Shown in pieces: positions 19,582-29,972 of a stretch of 42,441 nucleotides of DNA. This DNA is from Candidatus Coatesbacteria bacterium (GTDB taxonomy: Bacteria; JAFGND01). The notes under the pieces were generated by a model. The model was given only the letters and a program-made list of their open reading frames with translations, did not search any database and was not told where the DNA came from. Position numbers and translations under genes: made by a program. Positions within the stretch are counted from its first letter, which is position 1. Every line of letters starts with the position of its first letter. The stretch lies in assembly GCA_016927185.1 (NCBI GenBank), contig JAFGND010000002.1, positions 1 to 42,441 on the forward strand. The letters run 5' to 3'.

Positions 19582-20283
19582 ATGAAACAATTTTTGGTAA
19601 TAGGTTTGGGGCAATTTGGGCAAAGTGTCTCATTGAAACTGACTGAAGAAAGTTCTCAGGTAATTGCAATTGATGCCAAGGAAGAACCGGTTGAAGCAAT
19701 AAAGGATTATGTCACGCTTGCTGTTCAGATGGATGCAACTAATCAGAGTTCATTAAGAGCATTGAACATAGAGAATGTCAATGCTGCAATAGTAGCCATA
19801 GGAGACAATCATGAAGATTCAGTTCTTGTGACTATCAATCTCCGCGAACTTAGAGTTCCGAATATTATTGTAAGGGCTTCAACACCAGTTCATGGATCAA
19901 TACTAAGGAAAGTTGGAGCTGACAGGGTGGTTATTCCCGAAATGCTTACAGGGGAACAGGTTGCAATGGATTTGTTAACTGAGAAAGTCCTTGAGCAGAA
20001 GATCCTCTTTTCCAATCATATTCTGGCAAAATTGAAAACAAGCTCAGTTTTCTGGAACAAAACCATAAGAGAGTCTCAGTTTCGCAGCAGTTTCAATATA
20101 ATACTCGTTGGTATAGAAAGAGACTTTCCTGAAATCAAGGACGATGGAACTGTTTTCTACAGGACATCAACTATCGGGCTTCCAGGGGAAGATGAAATGA
20201 TAAAAGAGGATGACAGGATTATTGTCATCGGTCAGGATGCTGATATAGACAGACTAGTTGTTTATATAAGCGAGGAGATTTAA
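19582..20283 (+). CDS. ktrA: Trk/Ktr potassium uptake RCK subunit
   Basis: VIGLGQFG Rossmann motif, GADRVVIPE, TrkA-C-like end. Confidence 0.9.
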   Translation: MKQFLVIGLGQFGQSVSLKLTEESSQVIAIDAKEEPVEAIKDYVTLAVQMDATNQSSLRALNIENVNAAIVAIGDNHEDSVLVTINLRELRVPNIIVRASTPVHGSILRKVGADRVVIPEMLTGEQVAMDLLTEKVLEQKILFSNHILAKLKTSSVFWNKTIRESQFRSSFNIILVGIERDFPEIKDDGTVFYRTSTIGLPGEDEMIKEDDRIIVIGQDADIDRLVVYISEEI

Positions 20284-21687
20284 ATGAAAAAAGTAGGATT
20301 AAGTAGTGGTAGCATAATTTGGGAAAGGCTTACTGGTCGTTTTTCCATATCTACAAAGATAAGCTTGGCTCAGCTATTATCAATGATAATAATATTGCCA
20401 GTTGTTTCACTTTCAACACATTATTATAATCAACTGGGTAAATCTCTTGAGAGTCTCTCCAAAAAAGATGCAGCGATAATCAATTACTCGCAGAAGATAA
20501 GAAGGGAGGTTCTGTCATTAAACAGGATTGAAGATATAAACTATCTTACAGAAAACGAGAATGCATTCAAGGAGAATAACTTGCATCTGGATATGATCAA
20601 GTCATATATAGATTCTTGCAGGAGCTTGAATGAAAAGAACTACAAGTCTGATTTAGACAGCATAAGTGCGGCATATACGAATTTCCAGATTGGTTTCAAG
20701 GCTCTTGAAAAGGAAGTCCAGGCTTCAAAATTAAGAATAGAGAACATGAAAACAAACTGGGAAAAAAAGCTGAAATTATCAAAATACAGACTGGTTTCTG
20801 AAATAGAAAGCTTGAAGGAAGTAATGGAAAAAATTGACTCCGAAAGGGATGAGAAGAGGAGAGAGAATTACAAGCAGGAAATCACAAAAATACTTGGAAG
20901 AATTTCTGCTGACAGCCTCAATATAGAATATCAGCAATATTCTGATCCTGCATTGAAATTCTATATAAGGGAATTCAAGAAGTACTCACTCAATGTTGAT
21001 ACGAAAACTGAAAAAATGCAAAATCTGGCATGGCATCATTTCAATTCATTAAGTGCAGAAAGCTCAAGATTATCAAAAAAGGCAAGAAAGAATATTATCA
21101 CAGTTCTTATTATTTCTCTTTTATTGTCTCTTGCCCAGATCATAATCATTCCAAGCTGGATAACACGTCCTATAACTTTTCTGAATAATATGCTTCAGCG
21201 AATAGATAGAGGTGATGATCCCATGCAGATAGAGATAACATCCAAGGATGAGATAACAAAATTCGCAAAAAGCCTGCAAAGTCTTGTGCATAAAATGAAA
21301 AGCATAGATCTGCTGAAACAGGAGTTCATAATTAATCAGCAGATAATCATCAAGAGGATTTCAAACATGTACACTGCAGGTATTCTTGTCTTGAACAAGC
21401 ATTTTGAAATAACCATGATGAATGAAATAGTGAAAAAAAACCTGGATCTTGATGATGACATGCTTGATTACAATATTTCTGAGATAGATGATAACAGGGC
21501 ATTAATGGGTGCATTAAGAACCACTAAAAGCAAGATGGATGTTCTTAAAATACCAAAATTTGCATTTGTTTCAAGAAAAAGGGAATTCAATTGTGATTTA
21601 GAAATAATACCAATACGGGACAAGAATGGTGATCTATTCAGGTTTATTATAGTTATGGTTCCATTAAAGAAGGAAAGTGAGAGTTAA
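20284..21687 (+). CDS. Two-TM sensor with helical extracytoplasmic domain, HAMP and PAS-like domain; no kinase domain
   Basis: TM1 near the N-terminus, TM2 then ITRPI...DEITKFA (HAMP), GILVLN..ITMMN...PIRDKNG (PAS/PAC-like), then stop. Confidence 0.72.
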   Translation: MKKVGLSSGSIIWERLTGRFSISTKISLAQLLSMIIILPVVSLSTHYYNQLGKSLESLSKKDAAIINYSQKIRREVLSLNRIEDINYLTENENAFKENNLHLDMIKSYIDSCRSLNEKNYKSDLDSISAAYTNFQIGFKALEKEVQASKLRIENMKTNWEKKLKLSKYRLVSEIESLKEVMEKIDSERDEKRRENYKQEITKILGRISADSLNIEYQQYSDPALKFYIREFKKYSLNVDTKTEKMQNLAWHHFNSLSAESSRLSKKARKNIITVLIISLLLSLAQIIIIPSWITRPITFLNNMLQRIDRGDDPMQIEITSKDEITKFAKSLQSLVHKMKSIDLLKQEFIINQQIIIKRISNMYTAGILVLNKHFEITMMNEIVKKNLDLDDDMLDYNISEIDDNRALMGALRTTKSKMDVLKIPKFAFVSRKREFNCDLEIIPIRDKNGDLFRFIIVMVPLKKESES

Positions 21688-23297
21688 TGAAAGTCCAATT
21701 TCTGGGAGCAGCACAAACAGTAACAGGATCTTGTTTTTATTTCTCTGATTACAATAATACAAAGTTTCTTGTTGATTGTGGAATGTATCAAGGTGACACT
21801 GAACTTAAGAGAAGAAACTTTCTGCCATTCTCTTTTTCTCCATCTGATATTGATTTCGTAATATTAACGCACAGTCATATAGATCATAGCGGTTTGCTTC
21901 CCAAACTGGTCAGGGATGGTTTTAAGGGAAGGATTTATGCAACCGAAGCAACAAAGGAACTATCAAATGTGATGCTGCAAGACAGTGCACATATTCAGGA
22001 AATGGAAGCTGAACTTAAAAACAAGAAAAGAAGAAGATCTGGCAACAAAGCACTCAAGCCTCTCTATACCCAGAAGGATGCCTTGAATGCATACCAGCAT
22101 TTTACAGCCTATGATTATGGAGAAACATTCATGCCAGCACCCGGCATCAAGGTAAGATTTCATGATGCAGGCCATATACTTGGAAGTTCATTCCTTGAAG
22201 TTGATTTTGAAAGTCTTGAGCTAAAAAAGTGGGTTTTTTCAGGAGATCTTGGAAAGAGAAATCAGCCAATAATAAGAGATCCTGAGAAAATCAGAGAAGC
22301 AGATGTACTATTCATGGAAAGCACTTATGGCAACAGAAATCATAAATCGATGGATGAAACAATCAAGGAATTTGATGCATGTATAGAGGAATTTTCAATG
22401 AATAAGGGCAGGATAATCTTTCCTGCTTTTACAGTAGGAAGAACTCAGACCATAGTATATCATTTGTTCAGGCTGTTCAGGCAGGGAAAATTACCAGATT
22501 ATCCTGTTTATATTGACAGCCCAATGGCAGTGAAAATAACTGAAATATATAAGAGATTCAAAAATCTTTATGATGATGAAACGCAGAGAATTGAGTATGA
22601 CAGCGAAGATGTCTTCTCTCTTCCAAACCTTAAGCTGATTGAATCAGTAGCTGAAAGCAAGGAAATAAACAAGACTGATGATCCATGCATAATAATATCA
22701 GCCAGCGGTATGTGTGATGCAGGAAGGATAAAGCATCATTTGAAGAATAATCTATACCGCGATAATACCCAGGTAGTCATAACAGGTTTTCAATCACAGG
22801 GAACTTTGGGAAGGGCATTAGTTGATGGCATGAAAACTGTGGAGATATTGGGCGATGATATAATTGTGAACGCAAAGATCGTCACGCTAAATGGTTTTTC
22901 TGCCCATGCTGACCAGAATGAGATGATGGAATGGCTTACAAATTTCACTAACAGGAAATTGAAATTATTCCTTGTACACGGGGAATTTGCAGCAGCTAGC
23001 GTGATGAAAAACTTGCTTGATAGCAAATTCCAGTGGGAAACCTATATGCCTGAATGGGAAGATACTGCCATACTTGAAGGTAGTAAATTCGATATTTATG
23101 CAAAGAAGCCAAGCATAGAAATAAAACATGAAATAGAGGATGAGCTTGTCAGCTGGAATTCACTTGTAAGCCAGGTCAATAATATTGTAAGGGAAAAGAT
23201 GAGCTCCAGCAATGAAATAGATAAAGCCTGGATCTGGCATTTCATGGAAAAAACAAACAGAAGCCTGAGAAGAGTGTTAAGAAAACATGGAGGATAA
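21687..23297 (+). CDS. MBL-fold beta-CASP ribonuclease
   Basis: GAAQTVTGS, THSHIDHSG, AGHILGS, FSGDLG, MESTYG, FSAHAD, LVHGE. Confidence 0.92.
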   Translation: MKVQFLGAAQTVTGSCFYFSDYNNTKFLVDCGMYQGDTELKRRNFLPFSFSPSDIDFVILTHSHIDHSGLLPKLVRDGFKGRIYATEATKELSNVMLQDSAHIQEMEAELKNKKRRRSGNKALKPLYTQKDALNAYQHFTAYDYGETFMPAPGIKVRFHDAGHILGSSFLEVDFESLELKKWVFSGDLGKRNQPIIRDPEKIREADVLFMESTYGNRNHKSMDETIKEFDACIEEFSMNKGRIIFPAFTVGRTQTIVYHLFRLFRQGKLPDYPVYIDSPMAVKITEIYKRFKNLYDDETQRIEYDSEDVFSLPNLKLIESVAESKEINKTDDPCIIISASGMCDAGRIKHHLKNNLYRDNTQVVITGFQSQGTLGRALVDGMKTVEILGDDIIVNAKIVTLNGFSAHADQNEMMEWLTNFTNRKLKLFLVHGEFAAASVMKNLLDSKFQWETYMPEWEDTAILEGSKFDIYAKKPSIEIKHEIEDELVSWNSLVSQVNNIVREKMSSSNEIDKAWIWHFMEKTNRSLRRVLRKHGG

Positions 23298-23299
23298 AA

Positions 23300-25510
23300 C
23301 TACTTTTCTTGCTTGATTGGTTCTTTATGTTTACATCTCAAGCAGTACTTATGCCTGTTTTCCGTTCTTGTTATCCTGTCTAGCAGAAATGGGAAACCAC
23401 ATACAGGACAGGGTTCATTTATAGGTTTGTATGGAACTTTGAAACTGCATTCCTTCCTGTTGCAGACAGCACCTTTTCCTTGGATGACAAGTTCTCCTCC
23501 GCAATTTGTCTGTGGGCATTTCACTCCAGTCGGGATGGACATCGTGGTCTTGCAATTTGGATAGGCAGAGCATGCAAGGAATTCTCCGAATCTTCCTTTT
23601 CTAATAACCATTGCTCCTCCACAATTGGGACAGGTGTAACCCGTTTTCTCAATTTCCTTGTCTTTTGGAGTTATCATGATATTTTTCTTGCCTGTGCATT
23701 TGGGATATCTGCTGCATGCAAGGAATTTGCCATACTTGCTCCATCTTACAACCATTGCTGAACCGCAAAGATCACATTTTTCTTCTGTCACTTCTGTAAT
23801 CATTTTCTTTGCCTCTTTTGAATTATTAAAAGCTACTTTAAGGATTTCCTCAAATGGATTATAGAATTCATTCAAAACCTTTTTCATTGTTTCTTTTCCA
23901 GAGATTATCTGATCCAGTTCCTCTTCCATGTGTGCCGTGAAAGTCACTTCGAAAATATTAGGAAAGTATCCCTTAAGGATTTTCCAGACTCTTTCTCCTA
24001 TTTCAGTAGGAATGAATTTCTTTTCCTTTATTTCTATATATTTCCTGTCTTTAAGTGTAGATATTATGGAAGCATATGTTGAAGGTCTTCCTATACCCTT
24101 TTCCTCCAGTTCTTTTATAAGTGTTGCCTCTGTATATGATGCTGGTGGCTGGGTGAAATGCTGCGAACCTTTCAAGTCAACAAGATCTACTTTGGTATTC
24201 TTTTCAAGCTGCGGAGGAAGTGGATTTTCTTTTGAAGAATAGGGTGGATAAACTTTCTGGAAACCATCGAATATAAGCACTGAGCCATTTGTCTGGAATT
24301 CATACGATTCACTTTCTATCTTTAAGGTAACCTGTTTTCTAATGGACGGGCTCATCTGGCAGGCAATGAATCTTTCCCAGATAAGTTTATAAAGCTTGTG
24401 CTGCTCCCTGGAGAGAAAATGCTTTACCATTTCCGGGGTTTTTTCCGGATCAATAGGTCTTATTGCCTCATGAGCATCCTGACTGCTTTTCTTCGGAATA
24501 TACTGGACAGGTTTTTCAGGCAGATATTCCTTCAGGAATCCTTTTTCAATGAATCTTCTTGCAGATTCTATAGAATCCTTAGACAACCTTGTGCTGTCAG
24601 TACGCATATATGTTATAAGAGCAGTGCTTCCTTCCTTTCCAAGTTCGACACCTTCATACAAATCCTGTGCAATTCTCATTGTTGAATTGGAACTCATGCC
24701 AAGCCTTCTTGAGGCTTCCTGCTGTAGAGTGCTTGTTATGAATGGAGGATAAGGATATCTCTTCACTTCCTTTTCTTCATAATCGGTTATAGAGAAAATC
24801 TCTTTCTTTATCTTTTCAATATGATCATCAGTAGTTTTCTTGTCTGGAAGAACAGGCTTTTTATTCTTGATTTTAGCAAGCTCTGATGTAAATTCCTTAC
24901 CTGTTTTCGGCTTGAAAATTCCTTCTATTGTCCAGAATTCTTCCTGCTTGAAATTCCTTATCTCTTCTTCCTTTTCACATAACAACCTCAAGGCAACAGT
25001 CTGGACTCTCCCGGCACTTAATCCGCTGTATACTGTTTTCCACAAAAACGGGCTTATCTTGTAGCCAACCAGTCTGTCCAGTATCCTTCTTGTCTGCTGG
25101 GCATCAACTTTGTTGTAATCGATATCCATTGGGTTTTTTACTGCTTTCTGAACGGCATTCTTTGAAATCTCATTAAAGAGTATTCTCTTTACTTCCTTCT
25201 TTGGAAGTTTTTCCTTCAGTATTTCAGATAAATGCCAGGCAATTGCCTCACCTTCCCTGTCAGGATCAGGAGCAAGGTAAATAGTATCGGCTTTTTTTGA
25301 AGCAGAGATAAGCTGTTTTACAATCTTGTCTTTCTCTTTCGGTATTATATAAACTGGCTTGAAATTGCTTTCCAGATTTATTCCCAGCTCTTCTTTTGGA
25401 AGATCCCTTATATGTCCCATGGAAGCATATATTTCGAATGAGCTTCCAAGGTATTTTTTTAATGTCTTTGCTTTTGCTGGTGATTCAACAATGACAAGAA
25501 TCTTTGTCAT
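23300..25510 (-). CDS. topA: DNA topoisomerase I
   Basis: IVESPAKAKT, DPDREGE, SAGRVQ, ITYMRTD, GIGRPSTY, C-terminal zinc ribbons. Confidence 0.97.
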   Translation of the reverse strand: MTKILVIVESPAKAKTLKKYLGSSFEIYASMGHIRDLPKEELGINLESNFKPVYIIPKEKDKIVKQLISASKKADTIYLAPDPDREGEAIAWHLSEILKEKLPKKEVKRILFNEISKNAVQKAVKNPMDIDYNKVDAQQTRRILDRLVGYKISPFLWKTVYSGLSAGRVQTVALRLLCEKEEEIRNFKQEEFWTIEGIFKPKTGKEFTSELAKIKNKKPVLPDKKTTDDHIEKIKKEIFSITDYEEKEVKRYPYPPFITSTLQQEASRRLGMSSNSTMRIAQDLYEGVELGKEGSTALITYMRTDSTRLSKDSIESARRFIEKGFLKEYLPEKPVQYIPKKSSQDAHEAIRPIDPEKTPEMVKHFLSREQHKLYKLIWERFIACQMSPSIRKQVTLKIESESYEFQTNGSVLIFDGFQKVYPPYSSKENPLPPQLEKNTKVDLVDLKGSQHFTQPPASYTEATLIKELEEKGIGRPSTYASIISTLKDRKYIEIKEKKFIPTEIGERVWKILKGYFPNIFEVTFTAHMEEELDQIISGKETMKKVLNEFYNPFEEILKVAFNNSKEAKKMITEVTEEKCDLCGSAMVVRWSKYGKFLACSRYPKCTGKKNIMITPKDKEIEKTGYTCPNCGGAMVIRKGRFGEFLACSAYPNCKTTMSIPTGVKCPQTNCGGELVIQGKGAVCNRKECSFKVPYKPINEPCPVCGFPFLLDRITRTENRHKYCLRCKHKEPIKQEK

Positions 25511-25744
25511 AGAGTGTTTTTTTCTCCTTTGATATTCATTAAAACGAAAACAGAATCATTGGATTTTTGGTCAAGTGAAAGTTTATATTTTCTTAAGTTA
25601 TTGATATTCATATTATTATAAAAGATGAGATAAAATATGGGAGCAATCATGAATAGAATATAACAATTTAATCATTTAAGAGCAACTTTTGCTTGACATT
25701 AAAAAGGGGAATTACTGTCATGAAAAGAAAGCAAGGAGATAGAA

Positions 25745-25939
25745 ATGGCTGAAAGAGATTTGTCTTGTCCTTCATGCGGGAGTAATGACGTTTTTCTGAC
25801 GCAATATATGCAGAAAACTTCCAAGACCATTTTCGGTTGTATCTGCAAGACTTGCAGACATCAATGGGTGGAAAAAAAGGATGGCATAATACCAAGAGAA
25901 GCAATTTTTTATCCTGACTGGCAAGGAGATAATGATTGA
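25745..25939 (+). CDS. Small zinc-ribbon protein (64 aa)
   Basis: GGAG SD; CPSCG...CKTCRHQW; stop overlaps the next start. Confidence 0.7.
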   Translation: MAERDLSCPSCGSNDVFLTQYMQKTSKTIFGCICKTCRHQWVEKKDGIIPREAIFYPDWQGDND

Positions 25940-26571
25940 GAATAAGCAAGGAGATTGAAAACTCTATTTCAAGAAGCATTACTGAAATAGAGGAAGCATC
26001 AAGTGCAGAGATAGTTATAGCATTTTCATTCAACTCTTCTGAATACAAGGATCAGAAATATTTATGGGGAGTAATCGGGATCTTCTTGGGTTTGATTCTG
26101 CAAAGCATACTGCTGCTTGTGAAACCGGATTTAGTAATAGCTTTTTACAGCGTGCTTCTGAATGCTCTTTTTTTCTTTTTTCTTTTCTATTACATCGCAC
26201 ATGAAAGTTATTTCATGAGAACCTTGCTGATTTCAAAGAGGAAAAGAAAGGAAATATGCATCAGTAAAGCCAATCTCATGTTCCAGGAAAAGCATCTTTC
26301 AGGAACAATGGAAAGAAACTGCCTCTTGATATTTTTGTTCCCAAATGAAAAAGAGATAATCTGGCTGCCAGATATCGGTATAGAGCAGAAGATAAGACCT
26401 GCAGATATCAATGAGATATTTTTCGGTCTGTCCGGATTTCTTGATGACAGGAATTTCATAGAGGAATTTGAAAAGAGGATGTCATGCCTGAAGAAGCTTT
26501 TATCCTGCAATTTCCCTCCATCAAAAGAAAATCCGGATGAAATACCGAATACAATGTGGATAATAAAATGA
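25936..26571 (+). CDS. TPM-domain membrane protein
   Basis: ITEIEEASSAEIV, two TMs, D-x-GI, FPPSKENPDEIPN C-terminal signature. Confidence 0.82.
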   Translation: MRISKEIENSISRSITEIEEASSAEIVIAFSFNSSEYKDQKYLWGVIGIFLGLILQSILLLVKPDLVIAFYSVLLNALFFFFLFYYIAHESYFMRTLLISKRKRKEICISKANLMFQEKHLSGTMERNCLLIFLFPNEKEIIWLPDIGIEQKIRPADINEIFFGLSGFLDDRNFIEEFEKRMSCLKKLLSCNFPPSKENPDEIPNTMWIIK

Positions 26572-28079
26572 GGATCAAGAAAAGCATAATTCCTGCACTA
26601 ATCCTTATACTTGCGATTTTCTTTTTAGCAAGCTTCCTTGATGCAAGAATGGGAGGAGGGGGAAGTTTCTCTAGCGGTGGAAGAAGCAGCAGTAGTAGTG
26701 ACAGTGATTTCGGAGACATTTTCGGTCTCATCATATTTCTCTGCATAGAACACCCGCAAATAGGCATTCCACTTCTTATAATAACCATTATTTATTATAT
26801 AATCAAGTGGTTCAAGAATATAGACAAGAAGGCTGAAGATTCTAGTTTTTATGGAAACAGATCTGTTACATCTCAGCAAACCTTCGTTAAGCCTCTATCA
26901 ACAAGAAATGAAATAAAAGGAAATATTACCCGATTGAAGGAAATTGACCCGAATTTCTCTAAGATAGTATTTCTTGATTTTGTTCAGATTCTCTATCACA
27001 GGTTTCATCATGCAAGATATGACAAGAATGAACTAGTGAAATTGCAGCCTTATTTAAGCGGAAATTCGAAGACCCTTCTTGATTCCATTACAAAAGTGAA
27101 GAATGTAGAGGATGTTGTAATAGGTTCTATAAAACTTTCAAGAATCTCTGGATTGAACAAGGATTTTCACTCAATCTATGTAATGATAGAATCCAACTAT
27201 ACAGAAGTATATCCTGATGACAGTTTCAGGACTTTTTTCGTCAGAGAGGTATGGATTCTTGGAAGGAGACGCAACTCATTAAGCAAGGCACCTGAGGATA
27301 TATTCTCTTATCATTGCACAAGTTGCGGTGCTCCCATTACAGAGAAAACAAAGGGAACCTGTGAGTTTTGCGGAAATATTGTTAAGCCAGGTGAGGGTGA
27401 CTGGATGATAAGTTCTATCCAGATAGCAGAAAAAAGGTTCCAGGTGCCTGTAGTGATTTCAGGAAGCGGGGTAGAGGAAGGAACAAATCTTCCTTCAGTT
27501 ATAGATCCTGATTTCGCTGCTGAAAGAAAGGCATTCACAGCGCTTTATCCTGACTTCAAGTGGAGCGAATTCACTGAATATGTCAAGAAGGTATTCGTAA
27601 GCCTGCAAACCTCATGGTCAACACTCGACTGGAAAAAGGCAAGAGCATATCAAACGGATTATCTTTTCCAGACACATCTTTACTGGATAGAAAATTACAA
27701 AAAGAGTGGACTGAGAAATGTCATTGAAAAGATAGAGATAGAGAAAATAAATCCAGTAAAAATAGAAAGGGATGCATTTTATGATGCATTCACCCTCAGG
27801 ATAAGGGCAAGAATGATTGATTACGTAATAAATAATGAGAACAAGATTTTGCAGGGCAGCAAGAACAAACCTAGGGAATTCACTGAGTACTGGACATTCG
27901 CAAGAAGGGCTGGATTCAAGGGCAAATCAGACAGCGATTTCGAGAAATGCCCAAATTGCGGAGCTGAGCTCAAGATAAACAAGACCGGTTTCTGCGAATA
28001 CTGCGATGCAAAAATAAGCTCCGGTCAATTCGACTGGGTTCTTGCACTTATAGAGCAGGATGAGGTTTATTCAGGCTGA
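26568..28079 (+). CDS. Tandem Tim44-like domain protein with zinc ribbons
   Basis: Signal peptide, ARMGGGGSFS low-complexity segment, TMs, DPNF/PDF..EVWIL/EYWTF Tim44 motifs twice, each followed by CxxCG..CxxC; ATGA overlap. Confidence 0.82.
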   Translation: MRIKKSIIPALILILAIFFLASFLDARMGGGGSFSSGGRSSSSSDSDFGDIFGLIIFLCIEHPQIGIPLLIITIIYYIIKWFKNIDKKAEDSSFYGNRSVTSQQTFVKPLSTRNEIKGNITRLKEIDPNFSKIVFLDFVQILYHRFHHARYDKNELVKLQPYLSGNSKTLLDSITKVKNVEDVVIGSIKLSRISGLNKDFHSIYVMIESNYTEVYPDDSFRTFFVREVWILGRRRNSLSKAPEDIFSYHCTSCGAPITEKTKGTCEFCGNIVKPGEGDWMISSIQIAEKRFQVPVVISGSGVEEGTNLPSVIDPDFAAERKAFTALYPDFKWSEFTEYVKKVFVSLQTSWSTLDWKKARAYQTDYLFQTHLYWIENYKKSGLRNVIEKIEIEKINPVKIERDAFYDAFTLRIRARMIDYVINNENKILQGSKNKPREFTEYWTFARRAGFKGKSDSDFEKCPNCGAELKINKTGFCEYCDAKISSGQFDWVLALIEQDEVYSG

Positions 28080-29269
28080 TCCTTTTCCCCCTTTAGCATT
28101 TCCAGTGCCTCTTTCTGCATCCTTGAAACTGTCTTTGGTTCATTGTTTGCAATATCATAAAGTTCCGAGAAATCATCAACCAGATTATATAGAACCGGCT
28201 TGCCTCCCCATATTGTTATAAGCTTGTATCTTGTGTCTATATATGCATAGTTTGAATCTTTATCAGTCACAAGTATTTTCCCAGAGTTTGCAGAAAAATA
28301 CTTTTCAGTTACTTTCCTTCCTTCTTTCTGCTTCAGCAAATTACTGCATAAAGCGAACAGCTCATCGATTCTGAAATATTTATCTACAAGGGCTTTCTTC
28401 CCATGAGGATGGTAAATAATGAAAGGAATCCTCAATGTTTCATTATAAAAGCTGTCTTCTCCGAAATAACCATAATGCTCACCCAGGGAAAATCCCTTGC
28501 TTGAGAATATCACTATTATTGTCTTATCAAGCAAATTTTTTTTCTTTAGTACTACAAGAATTTTATCTATAAGGCTGTCAATGGAGCTTAATTGAGCTGC
28601 ATACGCAAATCTCATTGATTCCCATTCTTTTGGAGAGATACCGAAACCTGTTTTCATATTGTCATATATATGCTCGTTTATAGTGCTGTCATCTTCCCAG
28701 TAAGGCTTTATGCCAAGCATGAGTGGAGGGATTTCATTGAATTGTCTGTAAGATGTCATGTTTGTCTTGAATGGCAGATTCATTGATGAAAGGTTAACAA
28801 GAATTGACCAGTTTTTCTTATCCAGTTCATTAATATGGGTAACCATTTTCTCAACAAGCTCCTTGTCATTATAAATATCTTTTCTGGAGCTTGAAATTAT
28901 TGAGCTGAACTTCTTGTCAAATATGCTGTAATCCTTTTTGTTGCAACAACATAGTGTTCTATAACCCATCTTGCCTGGTTCAATCCCGGCATATTCAGAA
29001 ATTCTCCCAAGAACAGATTCTCTTTCAATTGAGCTTGTGAATGCCTTATTGAAAACAAAGCTTTTATCAGTAAGTTTATCAATAGCTGGAGAGGTTTTTC
29101 CCTGGTAACCATAAATTGACATATAATCAGTTGACAGGTTTTCGATATTTATCACCATAAGATTATATTTCTTCTCTACTGGATTGAAACTTTTTACCCC
29201 AAGCAAGATAAGAATTACTGCAAGAAACAGTGAGATTAGTGCTGAAAGAAACAAAGACCATTTGTTCAT
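28067..29269 (-). CDS. Membrane-anchored sulfatase-like protein with degenerate active site
   Basis: NLMVINIENL, TSPAID, KTIIVIFSSKG, RIPFII, LYNLVDD..E follow the sulfatase layout; start ATG 29269 chosen. Confidence 0.75.
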   Translation of the reverse strand: MNKWSLFLSALISLFLAVILILLGVKSFNPVEKKYNLMVINIENLSTDYMSIYGYQGKTSPAIDKLTDKSFVFNKAFTSSIERESVLGRISEYAGIEPGKMGYRTLCCCNKKDYSIFDKKFSSIISSSRKDIYNDKELVEKMVTHINELDKKNWSILVNLSSMNLPFKTNMTSYRQFNEIPPLMLGIKPYWEDDSTINEHIYDNMKTGFGISPKEWESMRFAYAAQLSSIDSLIDKILVVLKKKNLLDKTIIVIFSSKGFSLGEHYGYFGEDSFYNETLRIPFIIYHPHGKKALVDKYFRIDELFALCSNLLKQKEGRKVTEKYFSANSGKILVTDKDSNYAYIDTRYKLITIWGGKPVLYNLVDDFSELYDIANNEPKTVSRMQKEALEMLKGEKDQPE

Positions 29270-29367
29270 ATTCTTTAGCATTAAAAGGGAAAAAACCTTG
29301 CTTTTAGTCAATTATTTTCTTGGACAGCAAAATTTATTATTTTTATGGAATTGAAAGCCTTATACTT

Positions 29368-29383
29368 TGGAATGATTTTTGCT
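29368..29383 (+). promoter_or_regulatory. Putative sigma54 -24/-12 promoter of pilin 1
   Basis: TGGAATGATTTTTGCT, GG-N10-GC spacing, 30 bp upstream of the ATG. Confidence 0.6.
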
Positions 29384-29412
29384 ATATAATAGAAAATAAA
29401 TCAGGAGAGAGT

Positions 29413-29763
29413 ATGTCAAGAAATAGAGGGTTCACACTTGTTGAGCTTATGATAGTTGTAGTAATAATAGGCATTCTTGCAGCAATTGCAATACCAAGAT
29501 ATACAGGTATGCAGGATGAGGCAAGAGCTAATAGCTGCAGGTCAAATCTCCATCAATGTTCTCTGGGTGAGCAGATGTATCATACAGCAAACAATACTTA
29601 TACAAACAATTTCAATGACCTGACAGATTGGATTGGTTCGAATGCAAATACCTGCCCGAAATCCCATCTCAATTATCAATTCACTGCATCAGCCGATGCT
29701 TACAGAGTTGAATGCTTAGGAACAAACCATGGCTACAGGGATCAGGATGGAGCAAGCTGGTAG
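29413..29763 (+). CDS. Type IV prepilin-like protein 1
   Basis: MSRNRG|FTLVELMIVVVIIGILAAIAIP cleavage/methylation motif; AGGAG SD. Confidence 0.93.
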   Translation: MSRNRGFTLVELMIVVVIIGILAAIAIPRYTGMQDEARANSCRSNLHQCSLGEQMYHTANNTYTNNFNDLTDWIGSNANTCPKSHLNYQFTASADAYRVECLGTNHGYRDQDGASW

Positions 29764-29765
29764 GA

Positions 29766-29799
29766 ATTGCAAATTGCAACACTTCTTGCAATATGCAAT
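29766..29799. promoter_or_regulatory. Inverted repeat, candidate enhancer-binding protein site
   Basis: ATTGCAAATTGCAA-N6-TTGCAATATGCAAT, arms match 13 of 14; about 120 bp upstream of a sigma54 motif. Confidence 0.5.
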
Positions 29800-29916
29800 G
29801 TAAATTAAATTTCATTAAAACAAACATGTGGATAACTTCATAAAATGAATACCTTGAACTTATTGTATGGCACTAACTTAACTAAGAGAAGGGATACATT
29901 TTTAAAATAAATAAGT

Positions 29917-29932
29917 TGGCATGGTATTTGCA
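29917..29932 (+). promoter_or_regulatory. Sigma54 -24/-12 promoter of pilin 2
   Basis: TGGCATGGTATTTGCA closely matches TGGCACG-N4-TTGCW. Confidence 0.8.
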
Positions 29933-29972
29933 ATATAATAATTGAAAGATAAAACTAAACTAGGAGGAAAAA

